Part shown: positions 7,940 through 17,603 of the stretch, in pieces
Layout: each line of letters starts with the position of its first letter
How positions within the stretch are numbered: the stretch's first letter is position 1
DNA from: Candidatus Vogelbacteria bacterium RIFOXYD1_FULL_44_32
GTDB taxonomy: Bacteria; Patescibacteriota; Minisyncoccia; Phycocordibacterales; XYD1-FULL-46-19
Direction: 5' to 3'
DNA: 64,000 bases
Assembly (NCBI GenBank): GCA_001823065.1
Contig: MHTJ01000002.1
Coordinates: 156,320 to 220,319 of the forward strand
The notes under the pieces: model-generated
The model's input: the letters and a program-made list of their open reading frames with translations, nothing else
What the model was told of the DNA's origin: nothing
Database searches by the model: none
Program-made: the position numbers and the translations under genes

Positions 7940-8221
7940 TTGGCCAAGGATTTACAAAAATATGCAGTCTATGCCAAGGAAGGCAGACTGGATATTTTCA
8001 AGGGCGAGACCTGGGCGACCAGCGAGGCCCAGGCGATAAACAATGTTGTTAATCGTCTGGCGGGCGAGGTGCCAAAGGATCGGCGCCCGCCGATGTTTGG
8101 GCAGGTCATAGAAGGGGCGGGGACAAAGCGCCCCAAACCACGCAAGGGTGGCCAAACAAGGAAGTCGGCCAAAGCTCTGCCCCGACCCGGGCTCCAACTT
8201 GGTCTCCCGGGGGTGAAATAA
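7940..8221 (+). CDS. Hypothetical basic protein.
   Basis: 93-aa ORF preceded by a TGnTATAAT-like -10 element (tatggtataat, 7861-7871). Confidence 0.35.
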   Translation: MAKDLQKYAVYAKEGRLDIFKGETWATSEAQAINNVVNRLAGEVPKDRRPPMFGQVIEGAGTKRPKPRKGGQTRKSAKALPRPGLQLGLPGVK

Positions 8222-8302
8222 TCTTTTTGTTGCAGTACCTGCCCAGCACCACCTTTGGTGCTGGGCGGTTTCTTTTTAATTATTTTACGGTAAAATTACC
8301 CT

Positions 8303-8860
8303 ATGGCTCTATTTACTGGCAAAGGAGACAATGGAACGACCAAAACTTTTGGTTGTGATCAAAGAGTATCTAAAAGCTCGACCATTGCCGAGGCGTTGGG
8401 CACGCTAGACGAAATCAATTCTTTCTTGGGGATTTGTAAAGAAAAATCTCGTTCGGGCTTTTCAATACCGCCCGACAATATACCAGTGCACGAGTTGGTC
8501 CACCAAACCCAGCAAAATCTTTTTATTGTGCAGGCCGAGCTAGCGGGGGCGGATAAACATATCAATCGCGAGAAAGTGATCGAGACGGAAACAACGATAA
8601 ACGAGATTGAAAAACTTTTACCACCCATTACTACTTTTTTCATTTCTGGGGGTACCGAGCTGGCCGCTCATTTTGATTTTGCACGCACGTTGGCGCGTCG
8701 GGCCGAGAGGCGAGTGGTGGCCGTACAAGAGGAAGGTTTTCGACCAATTGCCGACGATACCCGCGCTTATCTCAACCGTCTTTCCAGTCTTTTGTACGCT
8801 TTAGCTAGACTTACCAACCATATGTCTGGTATAACAGAGGAGCCACCACAGTATAAATAG
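8303..8860 (+). CDS. ATP:cob(I)alamin adenosyltransferase, PduO type (MMAB family).
   Basis: N-terminal TGKGDNGTT motif typical of PduO-type ATR. About 185 aa. Confidence 0.75.
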   Translation: MALFTGKGDNGTTKTFGCDQRVSKSSTIAEALGTLDEINSFLGICKEKSRSGFSIPPDNIPVHELVHQTQQNLFIVQAELAGADKHINREKVIETETTINEIEKLLPPITTFFISGGTELAAHFDFARTLARRAERRVVAVQEEGFRPIADDTRAYLNRLSSLLYALARLTNHMSGITEEPPQYK

Positions 8861-8880
8861 TGGTTGGTGGATATAAATAT

Positions 8881-8953
8881 GGCGACCATGGTGTAACGGT
8901 TAACACTGAGGTTTGTGGAACCTTCGATTCGGGTTCGATTCCCGATGGTCGCC
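8881..8953 (+). tRNA. tRNA-His (anticodon GTG) with an encoded G-1.
   Basis: G GCGACCA TG GTGTAACGGTTAACAC T GAGGT TTGTGGA ACCTT CGAT TCGGGTTCGATTCCCGA TGGTCGC C. A terminator follows at 8958-8982. Confidence 0.85.
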
Positions 8954-9212
8954 CACGAAAAAGCCCGCGCAAGCGGGTTTTTGCGTGGGCGACCAAGCAC
9001 GTGAACTGCTTCACGTGCGTTCGGGAATCGAAAAGGCTGAGCTTGTCGCAACGAGCCGAGCACCAATAAGGGAATCATTAGTGCTCGGCGAAGTGAGACG
9101 CGAAGCCTGTACCGTTCCTGTAAGGAAAGATTCCCGATGGGCACCTCAAATGTACAATTTCAATTTATTTTGTTAGTAATATTCTAGACCGCAAGCTAGA
9201 AACAGAGAGGAG

Positions 9213-9620
9213 GTGATAACATTGATTACTTGTGAACAATTTCTTGCGCTGAAAGAAGGAGACAAAATAGCCGACGCCGGTGGTTGGCAGACATGGCGAG
9301 TGGAGTCAGTAGAAGACATCACCACTAGAGGGCGCAGGGTTGTGTTAAAGGCGATGGCTGTTGGCAAAGAAAATCAGCCAGGTCTGGCTTTCTACTGGTA
9401 TCGGTCTAAGGCTTATCGCTATGGATTCATAGTGAATGAGCGGGGGGAAAAAGATATGGGTCTCAATTGGACTGATTCTTTTGTCCAGCCAGAGACAGTC
9501 GAGCAGATCGTGGAGGAACTCCTTAGGAAAGAGGAAATTTCCTCTACCAATGCAACCCGTCTCCTGGCAGCGCACGACCGCGCCACTGCTCAAGCTTCTG
9601 ATCGGGCCTTGGGCCTGTAG
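9213..9620 (+). CDS. Hypothetical protein.
   Basis: 135-aa ORF with a GGAGG ribosome-binding site. No motif. Confidence 0.35.
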   Translation: MITLITCEQFLALKEGDKIADAGGWQTWRVESVEDITTRGRRVVLKAMAVGKENQPGLAFYWYRSKAYRYGFIVNERGEKDMGLNWTDSFVQPETVEQIVEELLRKEEISSTNATRLLAAHDRATAQASDRALGL

Positions 9621-9726
9621 CCGTTTCTAGCTTTGCTGGGTGATACTCTCTGTGGTGACCGCCACGGGGAGTTTTCTTTTTTAAAAGAAATAACAAAATG
9701 ACTTTCTCCCTCCAACCTGCTAAAGT

Positions 9727-10395
9727 TTGGGGATGGAAACAGAAAATTCTCGTGAAAATAGGGAGGGAAAAATTGAACTAGATATTTCTTTTAGTTTGGA
9801 CCAAGAAATAAAACGGGTAAATTATACTTTAGGTAAGCTAGCTTGGTATCGGGAGAATTATGGAAAATTGGCTAATATTTTGCCAGAGGGTGTAGGCGAA
9901 GAAACAACAGAAGATGAAATTACCCAAGCAGTTGAACGAGAATTTACGAAAGATGACTATAATCAATTTGTTGAATATATTAATGAGGAATGGAAAAAGG
10001 TGGCGGGGCGATTGGAAATCTTGAAAAATCTTTCAGCTTTTAATTTATTAGCTGGTTATTCAATTTTTCTGACCAAATACGGTATGGGTGGAAGTTATGA
10101 TGCCGAGACCGGAGAAGTGGTGGTAAATATAAATCGAGTTTCAAAGGAAAAAATAATGGGGGTAATAATTCACGAGATTATCCATATTGGTATTGAACAT
10201 ATAATAAGAGCCCACAATATAGAGCATTGGTCTAAAGAGAGATTAGTAGACCTAATTGGTGAAAAATATTTTGCCGATTTAGTTAAAACACAAAATATTA
10301 AAGAAGATGTGGAGGTAGTGGACGAGGCATTTAATGAGTTTTTTCCAGATTTAGAAGCGGTTGGACTAAAATTAGGAGAAAAAATTGATTTATAA
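9727..10395 (+). CDS. Hypothetical protein with an HExxH motif (possible Zn-metallopeptidase-like).
   Basis: The HEIIH motif is followed by IGIEH. Confidence 0.35.
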   Translation: MGMETENSRENREGKIELDISFSLDQEIKRVNYTLGKLAWYRENYGKLANILPEGVGEETTEDEITQAVEREFTKDDYNQFVEYINEEWKKVAGRLEILKNLSAFNLLAGYSIFLTKYGMGGSYDAETGEVVVNINRVSKEKIMGVIIHEIIHIGIEHIIRAHNIEHWSKERLVDLIGEKYFADLVKTQNIKEDVEVVDEAFNEFFPDLEAVGLKLGEKIDL

Positions 10396-10401
10396 TAAAT
10401 A

Positions 10402-10914
10402 ATGAAATTAATTGTTGAAATCCGAGAAAAAGATATTGGCCCGAGTCGGGAACAACTGCCCGACGAGGCACACATAAACTATCGCGAATCGGCGAAGGTG
10501 GTGTTGTTTGACCAGGATGACAATATTGCTTTGGTGTATTATCCACCAATAGAGGGGTTTTTCGGTGGGTATTATCTTCCCGGTGGTGGGTTGGAAGAAG
10601 GGGAAACAATCCTTGAGACTCTTCACCGTGAGGCACTCGAAGAAACTGGTTGTAAAATAAAAGAGATTGGTGAAATTGGTTTTGTGATTGAGTATATGAA
10701 AGACAAACTGCTCAAGCAGAAGGTTTTTGCTTTTACCGCTAGGGTAGATGGTGAAAAAGGTGAACAACAACTAACGAAGTCCGAGCAAAAGAGAGGGCTG
10801 GAAATAGTGTGGAAGCCTTTAGGGGAAGCTATAAAATTAGTTGAAGCTAACCAATATGTTGATTTTGCTAAGTTTAGAGCAATCATGATTTTAGGTTTAA
10901 TTAAAAAGATATAG
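10402..10914 (+). CDS. NUDIX hydrolase.
   Basis: Nudix box GGGLEEGETILETLHREALEETGC. Confidence 0.75.
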   Translation: MKLIVEIREKDIGPSREQLPDEAHINYRESAKVVLFDQDDNIALVYYPPIEGFFGGYYLPGGGLEEGETILETLHREALEETGCKIKEIGEIGFVIEYMKDKLLKQKVFAFTARVDGEKGEQQLTKSEQKRGLEIVWKPLGEAIKLVEANQYVDFAKFRAIMILGLIKKI

Positions 10915-10986
10915 GCGGTTTAGTAAATCCCCGCCAGCGCATAGCGCTGGCGGGGATTTACTTTTGATTAAGTGGATAATCTTAGC

Positions 10987-11014
10987 TTGACTTAATACCC
11001 CTAGGGGGTATAAT
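10987..11014 (+). promoter_or_regulatory. Sigma-70-like promoter (TTGACT, 16-nt spacer, TATAAT) with a candidate CsoR operator palindrome inside the spacer.
   Basis: ttgact taATACCCCTAGGGGGTAT aat. The GC-rich inverted repeat resembles known CsoR operators. It sits upstream of the SHOCT-csoR-copA operon. Confidence 0.55.
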
Positions 11015-11043
11015 GGAAACATTAGCCATTAACCTAATTTTTT

Positions 11044-11289
11044 ATGATGTACTATTTTGGAAATTATGGCAGTCCATTCTTTTACCCACCTATGCTTATT
11101 GGCGGGTTACTGATGATGCTTTTTTGGGGCGCGCTTATTTATCTTTTGTTTGTCGGAGTGCAAAAATTGACCAGTCACAATGACAGTCGTGATACCGGGC
11201 GAGCGTTAGAGACTTTAAAGGAACGTTATGCCAAAGGTGAAATTACTCACGAAGAATATGAGAAAATAAGAAAAAATTTGGAAAAATAA
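11044..11289 (+). CDS. SHOCT-domain small membrane protein.
   Basis: Transmembrane N-terminus plus the C-terminal motif ETLKERYAKGEITHEEYEKIRKNL. Confidence 0.6.
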   Translation: MMYYFGNYGSPFFYPPMLIGGLLMMLFWGALIYLLFVGVQKLTSHNDSRDTGRALETLKERYAKGEITHEEYEKIRKNLEK

Positions 11290-11290
11290 T

Positions 11291-11554
11291 ATGAAATCGA
11301 TTAATGAAAAATTAGTTAGACGGCTGAAAATTGTCGAGGGGCAAGTGCGGGGGTTACAAGAGATGATAAAGAAAGGCGTGTACTGTGTGGATGTTATTAC
11401 CCAAACTTCGGCCGTGAAGCGGGCCCTGTCGGGGGTGGAGGACGCCTTGATGGAACAGCACTTAGCCACTTGTGTGGCGCACCAAATGCAAGAGGGCCAA
11501 GTGCCACAGGCGACCGCGGAAGTGCTGAAAGTTTATCGCCTTAAACGAAAGTAA
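11291..11554 (+). CDS. csoR: CsoR/RcnR-family metal-sensing transcriptional repressor (copper-sensing).
   Basis: [13 protein letters not shown] ... HLATCV gives a Cys-His-Cys arrangement. 87 aa, directly upstream of copA. Confidence 0.75.
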   Translation: MKSINEKLVRRLKIVEGQVRGLQEMIKKGVYCVDVITQTSAVKRALSGVEDALMEQHLATCVAHQMQEGQVPQATAEVLKVYRLKRK

Positions 11555-11555
11555 T

Positions 11556-13847
11556 ATGACTACCAATACCTACAAAATAAAAGGCATGCACTGCGCGTCG
11601 TGCGCGGCCAGTATTGAAAAAACTTTTAAGAAAGAAGCGGGGGTGCACTCGGCCGAAGTAAATTATGGCACCGAAACGGCCAAGCTAGATTTTGACGAAA
11701 CAAAAATCCAGCCAGCTGATTTATCCAAAAAAATAGAACCCCTTGGTTACTCGCTGGTTTTAGAAACAGCAGAAGAGATGAACATGTCGGCCGACGAACA
11801 CGCCGAGCACACGGGGCTTAATCAATCAAAAAAAGACAAGCTGGCCGAACTGCAAGATATGAAAATGAAGCTTTGGTCGATTATTCCACTAGCTATTATG
11901 AGTGTGGTGGTGATGACTTGGGATATTTTGGTTCAATATGGCCAGGTGGCGGCCATGACGCCGGTGGTGGAAGAATTTATTCATCACCTGATGCCTTTGT
12001 TTGCGACCTACGCGTTGTTTGTCGTCGGCAAGCCATATTTGCTTGGGGTTTACCGATTTCTCCGGTTTGGTCGAGCCAATATGGACACCCTGATCGGGAT
12101 TGGCACGATGGCCGCCTATCTTTACAGTTTTGTGGTGACGGCGTTTGAAGAGACGCTCGCGCCATTTATCAATGTTACCTATACCTACTACGATGTGACA
12201 ATTGTAGTAATTGCCTTTATTGCCCTCGGCAAATTTTTGGAGGCAAGGTCAAAAATAAAAACGGGCGACGCGATTGAAAAACTGCTTAACTTGCAAGCTA
12301 AAACGGCTTTAGTCATTCGTGATAACGAGGAGATAGAAATACCCATCACTGAGGTAAAACACGGTGATGTGATAGTGGTAAAACCGGGAGCACGCATTCC
12401 GGTGGACGGCCAGGTGGTTAGTGGGCAGTCTTTTGTCGATGAATCGATGGTGACCGGTGAACCCATGCCCAATCAGAAAAAAATGGGGGATATGGTGGTA
12501 GCGGGGACAATCAACACCACCGGCGCTTTTACTTTCCGCGCCACCAAGGTGGGGGCGGAAACTTTGCTTGCCCAAATTATAAAAATGGTGGGCGAAGCGC
12601 AGGGCTCTAAAGCACCCATCCAAGCGCTGGCTGATAAGATTTCCAGTGTGTTTGTACCGATTGTTTTGGGGTTGTCGGTGCTTACCTTGCTAACCTGGTT
12701 GGTGGTCGGGACTCAATATTTAGGCTTTGCTCAAGCCCTTTCTTATGGCCTAGTGTCTTTTGTGGGGATTTTGGTGATTGCTTGCCCGTGCGCGTTGGGC
12801 CTCGCCACCCCGACCGCGATTATTGTGGGGGTGGGCAAAGGGGCGCAGGAGGGAATTTTGATTAAAGACGCGGCGACTTTGGAAAAATTACACAAAGTGA
12901 CAACGGTGGTGGTAGACAAAACCGGCACCATTACCAAAGGCAAGCCCACTCTGACGGATATTAAAAATTTACAAGCGGGCACGGAGGAAAATTTGCTGCA
13001 GATTTTGGCAACCTTGGAAAATAAATCTGAACACCCGATTGCGCGGGCCATAATGGCTTATGCCACCGAAAAAAACATCCAGCTAGCCGAGGTTTCTAAT
13101 TTTGAGGCGCTTGAGGGCAAAGGATTGAAAGGAATAATAAATGGTAAGGAATATTTAGCCGGCAATGTTAAATTAATGACCGAGGCCGGGTTTCAATTTG
13201 ATTTAGCGACTATTGATTTACTCACTAGTCAAGGCAAGACACCGGTGATTGTGGCCGACAGCACGGGTGTACTAGGTTTGGTGGCGGTGGCCGATGAAGT
13301 CAAACCAGAAGCCAAAACGGCCATTACTAATTTACACAAGCTGGGAATAAAAGTGGTAATGCTGACCGGTGATGATGAGAAGGCGGGACGGTATATTGCA
13401 TCACTGGTTGGTATTGATGAAGTGGTGGCCAATGTTTTACCACAAGACAAGCTGGCTAAAATTAAGGAGTTGCAACAAGCCGGGCACATGGTGGCGATGG
13501 CTGGCGACGGGGTCAATGATGCGCCGGCGCTCGCTCAAGCTGATGTGGGAATAGCGATGGCGACCGGTACCGATGTGGCCATTGAGTCGGCGGGAATTAC
13601 GCTTTTGCATGGCGATATTTCCAAGCTGGTTAAAGCGATTCGTTTGTCCAAGCTGACGATGCGGGGGATCAAGCAAAATTTGTTTTGGGCTTTTGCCTAC
13701 AATGTGGTCGGCATCCCGCTGGCGGCTGGGGTCTTTTTCCCAATTTTGGGTTGGCTGTTGTCGCCAATTTTTGCGGGGCTAGCGATGGCCTTTTCCAGTG
13801 TGTCGGTGGTCGGCAATTCACTTCGTTTAAAAACTATTCGTCTTTAA
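11556..13847 (+). CDS. copA: Copper-translocating P1B-type ATPase.
   Basis: HMA motif [11 protein letters not shown] (ACPCALG), DKTGT, and GDGVNDAP. Confidence 0.9.
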   Translation: MTTNTYKIKGMHCASCAASIEKTFKKEAGVHSAEVNYGTETAKLDFDETKIQPADLSKKIEPLGYSLVLETAEEMNMSADEHAEHTGLNQSKKDKLAELQDMKMKLWSIIPLAIMSVVVMTWDILVQYGQVAAMTPVVEEFIHHLMPLFATYALFVVGKPYLLGVYRFLRFGRANMDTLIGIGTMAAYLYSFVVTAFEETLAPFINVTYTYYDVTIVVIAFIALGKFLEARSKIKTGDAIEKLLNLQAKTALVIRDNEEIEIPITEVKHGDVIVVKPGARIPVDGQVVSGQSFVDESMVTGEPMPNQKKMGDMVVAGTINTTGAFTFRATKVGAETLLAQIIKMVGEAQGSKAPIQALADKISSVFVPIVLGLSVLTLLTWLVVGTQYLGFAQALSYGLVSFVGILVIACPCALGLATPTAIIVGVGKGAQEGILIKDAATLEKLHKVTTVVVDKTGTITKGKPTLTDIKNLQAGTEENLLQILATLENKSEHPIARAIMAYATEKNIQLAEVSNFEALEGKGLKGIINGKEYLAGNVKLMTEAGFQFDLATIDLLTSQGKTPVIVADSTGVLGLVAVADEVKPEAKTAITNLHKLGIKVVMLTGDDEKAGRYIASLVGIDEVVANVLPQDKLAKIKELQQAGHMVAMAGDGVNDAPALAQADVGIAMATGTDVAIESAGITLLHGDISKLVKAIRLSKLTMRGIKQNLFWAFAYNVVGIPLAAGVFFPILGWLLSPIFAGLAMAFSSVSVVGNSLRLKTIRL

Positions 13848-13853
13848 AAAATT

Positions 13854-14888
13854 ATGACTGAAGAAAATTTACAAACATTTGTTTTTCACGCTCATGGTTT
13901 ACATTGTGCCTCGTGCGCGGGTTTGATTGAAGGCGAATTGGGAGAGCTGGCCAATGTAAAGGCGGTCAAGGTGACACTCTCGGCCAATACCGTGGCCGTG
14001 ACCGCCGATTTTGGTGAGCAGTCGATGAGTGAGGCGGCTGATACTTTGTCAGCCGTGATAAAACCCCACGGTTATTCACTATCGGTTGAGCCGATTAAAC
14101 CAACAGTCAATTGGAGTGAATTTAAAATCGCCATACCGCTGACATTTTTACTGGCGCTCATATTTATCTTGTTGCAAAAAAGTGGCTTGATAAATTTGGT
14201 GTCTACTGGTTCGGTGTCTTATGGTACGGCGTTTGTGATTGGGGTGGTGGCTTCGCTGTCTACTTGTATGGCGGTCGTGGGTGGGTTGGTGCTATCTCTA
14301 TCAGCCAACTTGGCCCGAGGAAAAGACGCTTGGCGCCCGCAAGTCTTGTTTCATTTGGGGCGAATCATTTCTTTCTTTGTTTTAGGGGGAGTAATCGGGG
14401 CGATTGGAAGTACCTTTAAATTAAGTATTACTATGACTTTTGGGTTGGGGGTAGTAATTGGTTTGGTAATGTTGGGTCTGGGTTTAAATTTGTTAGATAT
14501 TTTCCCGTGGGCAAGGCGGTTGCAACTAGCTTTGCCTAAAGTTTTTACGGCTAAAGCGGGGAATTTTGCTAAAGCCCGTCACTCTCTGACACCGCTTTTA
14601 GCCGGCGGGGTGACTTTCTTTTTACCTTGTGGTTTTACCCAAGCCATGCAACTTTATACTTTGTCGACGGGTAGTTTCCTCACGGGGGCGGGTACCATGC
14701 TCGCTTTTGCGCTGGGGACTTTGCCGGTGCTCGCGCTTTTGTCTTTTGGTTCACTAAGCTTGGCTAAACATCGTCTGGCCGGTATATTCTTTAAGACGGC
14801 GGGTCTGGTGGTGATAATGTTTGGCTTGTTTAATCTGATCAATAGTCTGGTAATTATGGGGTGGATTGCGCCAGTGTTTAATTTTTAA
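13854..14888 (+). CDS. HMA-domain protein fused to a multi-pass permease (TauE/SafE- or DsbD/CcdA-like) with conserved transmembrane cysteines. Probable metal transporter.
   Basis: N-terminal HGLHCASCA. Transmembrane Cys in SLSTCMAVVGG and FFLPCGF. Confidence 0.5.
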   Translation: MTEENLQTFVFHAHGLHCASCAGLIEGELGELANVKAVKVTLSANTVAVTADFGEQSMSEAADTLSAVIKPHGYSLSVEPIKPTVNWSEFKIAIPLTFLLALIFILLQKSGLINLVSTGSVSYGTAFVIGVVASLSTCMAVVGGLVLSLSANLARGKDAWRPQVLFHLGRIISFFVLGGVIGAIGSTFKLSITMTFGLGVVIGLVMLGLGLNLLDIFPWARRLQLALPKVFTAKAGNFAKARHSLTPLLAGGVTFFLPCGFTQAMQLYTLSTGSFLTGAGTMLAFALGTLPVLALLSFGSLSLAKHRLAGIFFKTAGLVVIMFGLFNLINSLVIMGWIAPVFNF

Positions 14889-14893
14889 TTTTT

Positions 14894-15289
14894 TTGTCTA
14901 TGAATAAAATTCCGGTCGCGATATCAATTGTGGTGGTCGCCATACTTATCGGGTGGGCGCTGGCTTTTTCTGATGGTAAGCCAACGCGAGATACCGCTTC
15001 GCGTGATAATGTAACAGTGGTGGCTGGGGTGCAATATGTTGATATTTCAGCCCGTGGTGGTTTCCAACCCCGAGTCTCTGCTGCTAAAGCCGGGCTCCCG
15101 ACAGTTTTACGGTTTAATACCGCCAATACTTTTGACTGCTCGGCCTCGGTGATTATTCCTAGTTTAAGAATTAGTAAAAATTTACCCTATACCGGACAGA
15201 CGGAAATAAATATTGGGACTTCGACGGTGGGAACACTCGCTGGTACTTGCGCTATGGGGATGTATCCCTTTGCGGTGGAGTTTGAGTAA
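14894..15289 (+). CDS. Signal-anchored cupredoxin-like small protein (putative periplasmic copper-binding protein).
   Basis: N-terminal transmembrane anchor. Cys/Met-rich C-terminus GTCAMGMY. Part of the copper operon. Confidence 0.35.
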   Translation: MSMNKIPVAISIVVVAILIGWALAFSDGKPTRDTASRDNVTVVAGVQYVDISARGGFQPRVSAAKAGLPTVLRFNTANTFDCSASVIIPSLRISKNLPYTGQTEINIGTSTVGTLAGTCAMGMYPFAVEFE

Positions 15290-15344
15290 ATGTTGGTTTT
15301 TACTGCCGGTTGTGTTAGAAATACCACTAGACTGGACAATCCTT

Positions 15345-15695
15345 ATGGAGGGAGGTGATTTTGTGAGTGAAGAACAGCCAGATAACATCAAAAAAAAGTT
15401 GGAGGAAAAGGTGTTTGGTTATATGACGGCCTATGATGTTTCGGGGCGAATGATGGGGTTTTACCTCAGTCTTGCTATTCTTGATCATCTGAGGACGAAG
15501 CCGGGCATCGAATTGAGGGATAATTTGCTTTCTCCGCCGGCCGCCGATTGTATTTCAGCAGCAAATTCCTTTTTTCGCGAACAGCTCTTGCCGGCTCTGG
15601 CTTTTGTCTCCAGTAGTTCACAAAGGGAAGAAGAAGGCCTGGCCGATCTCCTTAGTTTTTCCATAAAGCTGTTTACGGACAGCTTTCAGCGCTGA
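15345..15695 (+). CDS. Hypothetical protein. The likely true start is a GTG at 15363.
   Basis: A GGAGGGAGG ribosome-binding site lies 7 nt upstream of the in-frame GTG. Confidence 0.3.
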   Translation: MEGGDFVSEEQPDNIKKKLEEKVFGYMTAYDVSGRMMGFYLSLAILDHLRTKPGIELRDNLLSPPAADCISAANSFFREQLLPALAFVSSSSQREEEGLADLLSFSIKLFTDSFQR

Positions 15696-15762
15696 AAGAA
15701 GAAAAGAGTTTAAAAGCTTCGTCATCCGGTCTGGCGGGGCTTTTTCTTTTGGTTGAAAAAGT

Positions 15763-15798
15763 ACACCTCGGCCCGCGCGCCTATGGCGCGCGGGATTT
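15763..15798 (+). promoter_or_regulatory. 23-bp perfect GC-rich palindrome (cccgcgcgcctatggcgcgcggg) abutting a TATAAT -10 element. Candidate operator plus promoter for the cupin/NUDIX genes.
   Basis: The inverted repeat at 15763-15785 overlaps the -35 position of the tataat at 15793-15798. Confidence 0.4.
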
Positions 15799-15837
15799 GC
15801 TATAATGTCTTATGTTATTAATCTTATCTAAAAAAAT

Positions 15838-16239
15838 ATGAAAAAAGGTTACAAAGAAAATATTGAGAATCTAACTATTGCTAATAACGATTTTCGCCAC
15901 GTGGTTTACACTGGGGAGCATATGCAACTGGTGCTAATGTCACTAAAGCCGGGCGAGGATATTGGAATGGAGACTCACGAGGACAATGACCAGTTTTTTC
16001 GCTTTGATGCCGGCGAGGGAAAGGTATTAATAAATGGCAATGAATACGAAGTAGCGGATGGGGACGCAGTGATTGTCCCCTCTGGCGCCGAGCACAATGT
16101 AATTAACACCTCGCTTGACCAAGATTTAAAACTTTACACTATTTACGCCCCCTCGCATCACCAAGACGGTGTAGTCCGCGCCACTAAAGCCGAAGCCATT
16201 GCCGACAGCCCAGATTTTGATGGCAAGACAACAGAATAA
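15838..16239 (+). CDS. Cupin-domain protein.
   Basis: GEDIGMETHEDNDQFF ... GDAVIVPSGAEHNVIN matches cupin motifs 1 and 2. Confidence 0.7.
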   Translation: MKKGYKENIENLTIANNDFRHVVYTGEHMQLVLMSLKPGEDIGMETHEDNDQFFRFDAGEGKVLINGNEYEVADGDAVIVPSGAEHNVINTSLDQDLKLYTIYAPSHHQDGVVRATKAEAIADSPDFDGKTTE

Positions 16240-16762
16240 AATGAAACCATTATTGGTTTTAACCGACAAACAAATTTTTCCTGACTTTGAGTTGGATGTT
16301 GATATTACCTATGAACTGCGACTGGCGGTAAAAATTGTTGCTTTTGATGGTGCTGGGCAACTAGCTTTAGTTGGAACTAAATACCGACTTTTGCCGGGCG
16401 GAGGTGTGGAGGAAGGTGAGACATTTGAGGAAGCGGTCTGGCGCGAAGCTAAGGAGGAGATGGGTTGTGATGTAAAGATTGAAAGAGAGATTGGTGTGAC
16501 TGAAGAATATCGGGCGAAAATTGGCCGTCACCAAGAAACCCATTTTTTCTTAGCGACAGTATTGGGCGACAAAGGTGTACCGACTACTACTCAAGAAGAT
16601 GAACAGGGAATACAAATAGACTGGGTTACTCTTGATCGGGCTATTGTATTGTTAGAGGAGCAGGTAAAAAATATATCAACTCAAAGTTACCATTCGTGTT
16701 TTAATGTCCGGACTCACCTGGTTGCCCTTAAAGAACTTAAAAAACAAACTACACCTCGATAG
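16199..16762 (+). CDS. NUDIX hydrolase. The start is probably at the internal ATG near 16241.
   Basis: Nudix box LPGGGVEEGETFEEAVWREAKEEMGC. Confidence 0.75.
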   Translation: MPTAQILMARQQNKMKPLLVLTDKQIFPDFELDVDITYELRLAVKIVAFDGAGQLALVGTKYRLLPGGGVEEGETFEEAVWREAKEEMGCDVKIEREIGVTEEYRAKIGRHQETHFFLATVLGDKGVPTTTQEDEQGIQIDWVTLDRAIVLLEEQVKNISTQSYHSCFNVRTHLVALKELKKQTTPR

Positions 16763-16787
16763 TTTTTACACTGTTACTATTAATTTA

Positions 16788-17540
16788 TTAGTGGGGAAAG
16801 ATGGTATTGAAGCCGATCATTAAAGCTAGCCCACAAGCTAGGGCTAAAATATGCCACTTGGTATTGCCGTGGCGTCGAATATTTTTAGTGGTGTGAGGAA
16901 TAAGGTCGCGGACAATCACATAGAAAAAACCGCCAGCCGACAGGGCCACTAGGGGGGCGATAAGCTTTTCGGTACTAGCTAAATATAAACTTAAGACGAC
17001 GCCAATTAAAATAGTGCTGGAGGTAAATAAGTTTATGAAAAGGGCTTTTTTAGCCCCCAATCCCGCTTCGCGCATCACAAAAAATTCGGATATTCCTTGG
17101 ACGACCTCATGCAGAAAAATACCCAAAGTGGCTGAAAAGCCAAAGAGGGGGCTAGCCAGAAAAGCGGGAACGAGTAATAAGCCATCGCCAATGTTGTGAA
17201 TAGCGTCGCTTAAAATCATGCGTCTGGCATCGACTTGGTTGTGAGTGTGGCTGTGTTCGATTTCGTGGTGATGGTGGGCCTCGGGGATAAGGTGGCTAGC
17301 CAGTTCTAAAATCGCGAAACTGGCGACCACTAAAGATATTAGTTCCACTAGATTAAGTCCTAGATGTTTGGTTTCTTCAAACAAGGAATAGGTAATAACC
17401 GCAAAAATACCAATTGAAAAAGTCGCGAGATAGACCAAATTGTTTTTAACCAAATTATCTAATTTCAGCCAGACAAAAATAACCCCCGCCAGGGAGGCGA
17501 GCATAATAAAAGCCGAGGCGATGAGTATTTCGATAGTCAT
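16788..17540 (-). CDS. ZIP-family metal (zinc) transporter, ZupT-like.
   Basis: His-rich loop HHHHEIEHSHTHN. Transmembrane HNIGDGL and HEVVQG motifs. Confidence 0.8.
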   Translation of the reverse strand: MTIEILIASAFIMLASLAGVIFVWLKLDNLVKNNLVYLATFSIGIFAVITYSLFEETKHLGLNLVELISLVVASFAILELASHLIPEAHHHHEIEHSHTHNQVDARRMILSDAIHNIGDGLLLVPAFLASPLFGFSATLGIFLHEVVQGISEFFVMREAGLGAKKALFINLFTSSTILIGVVLSLYLASTEKLIAPLVALSAGGFFYVIVRDLIPHTTKNIRRHGNTKWHILALACGLALMIGFNTIFPH

Positions 17541-17603
17541 AAAGACGAGTATAGCCGAAGTGACTTAGAAATGAAATAGAATTTAAAGCCAAGCTAGGGC
17601 GGG

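Noticed and set aside
11873-13676. Several 60-100-aa ORFs inside and antisense to copA.
   Set aside because: They are embedded in a well-supported 763-aa P-type ATPase reading frame. They are GC-skew artefacts without start contexts.
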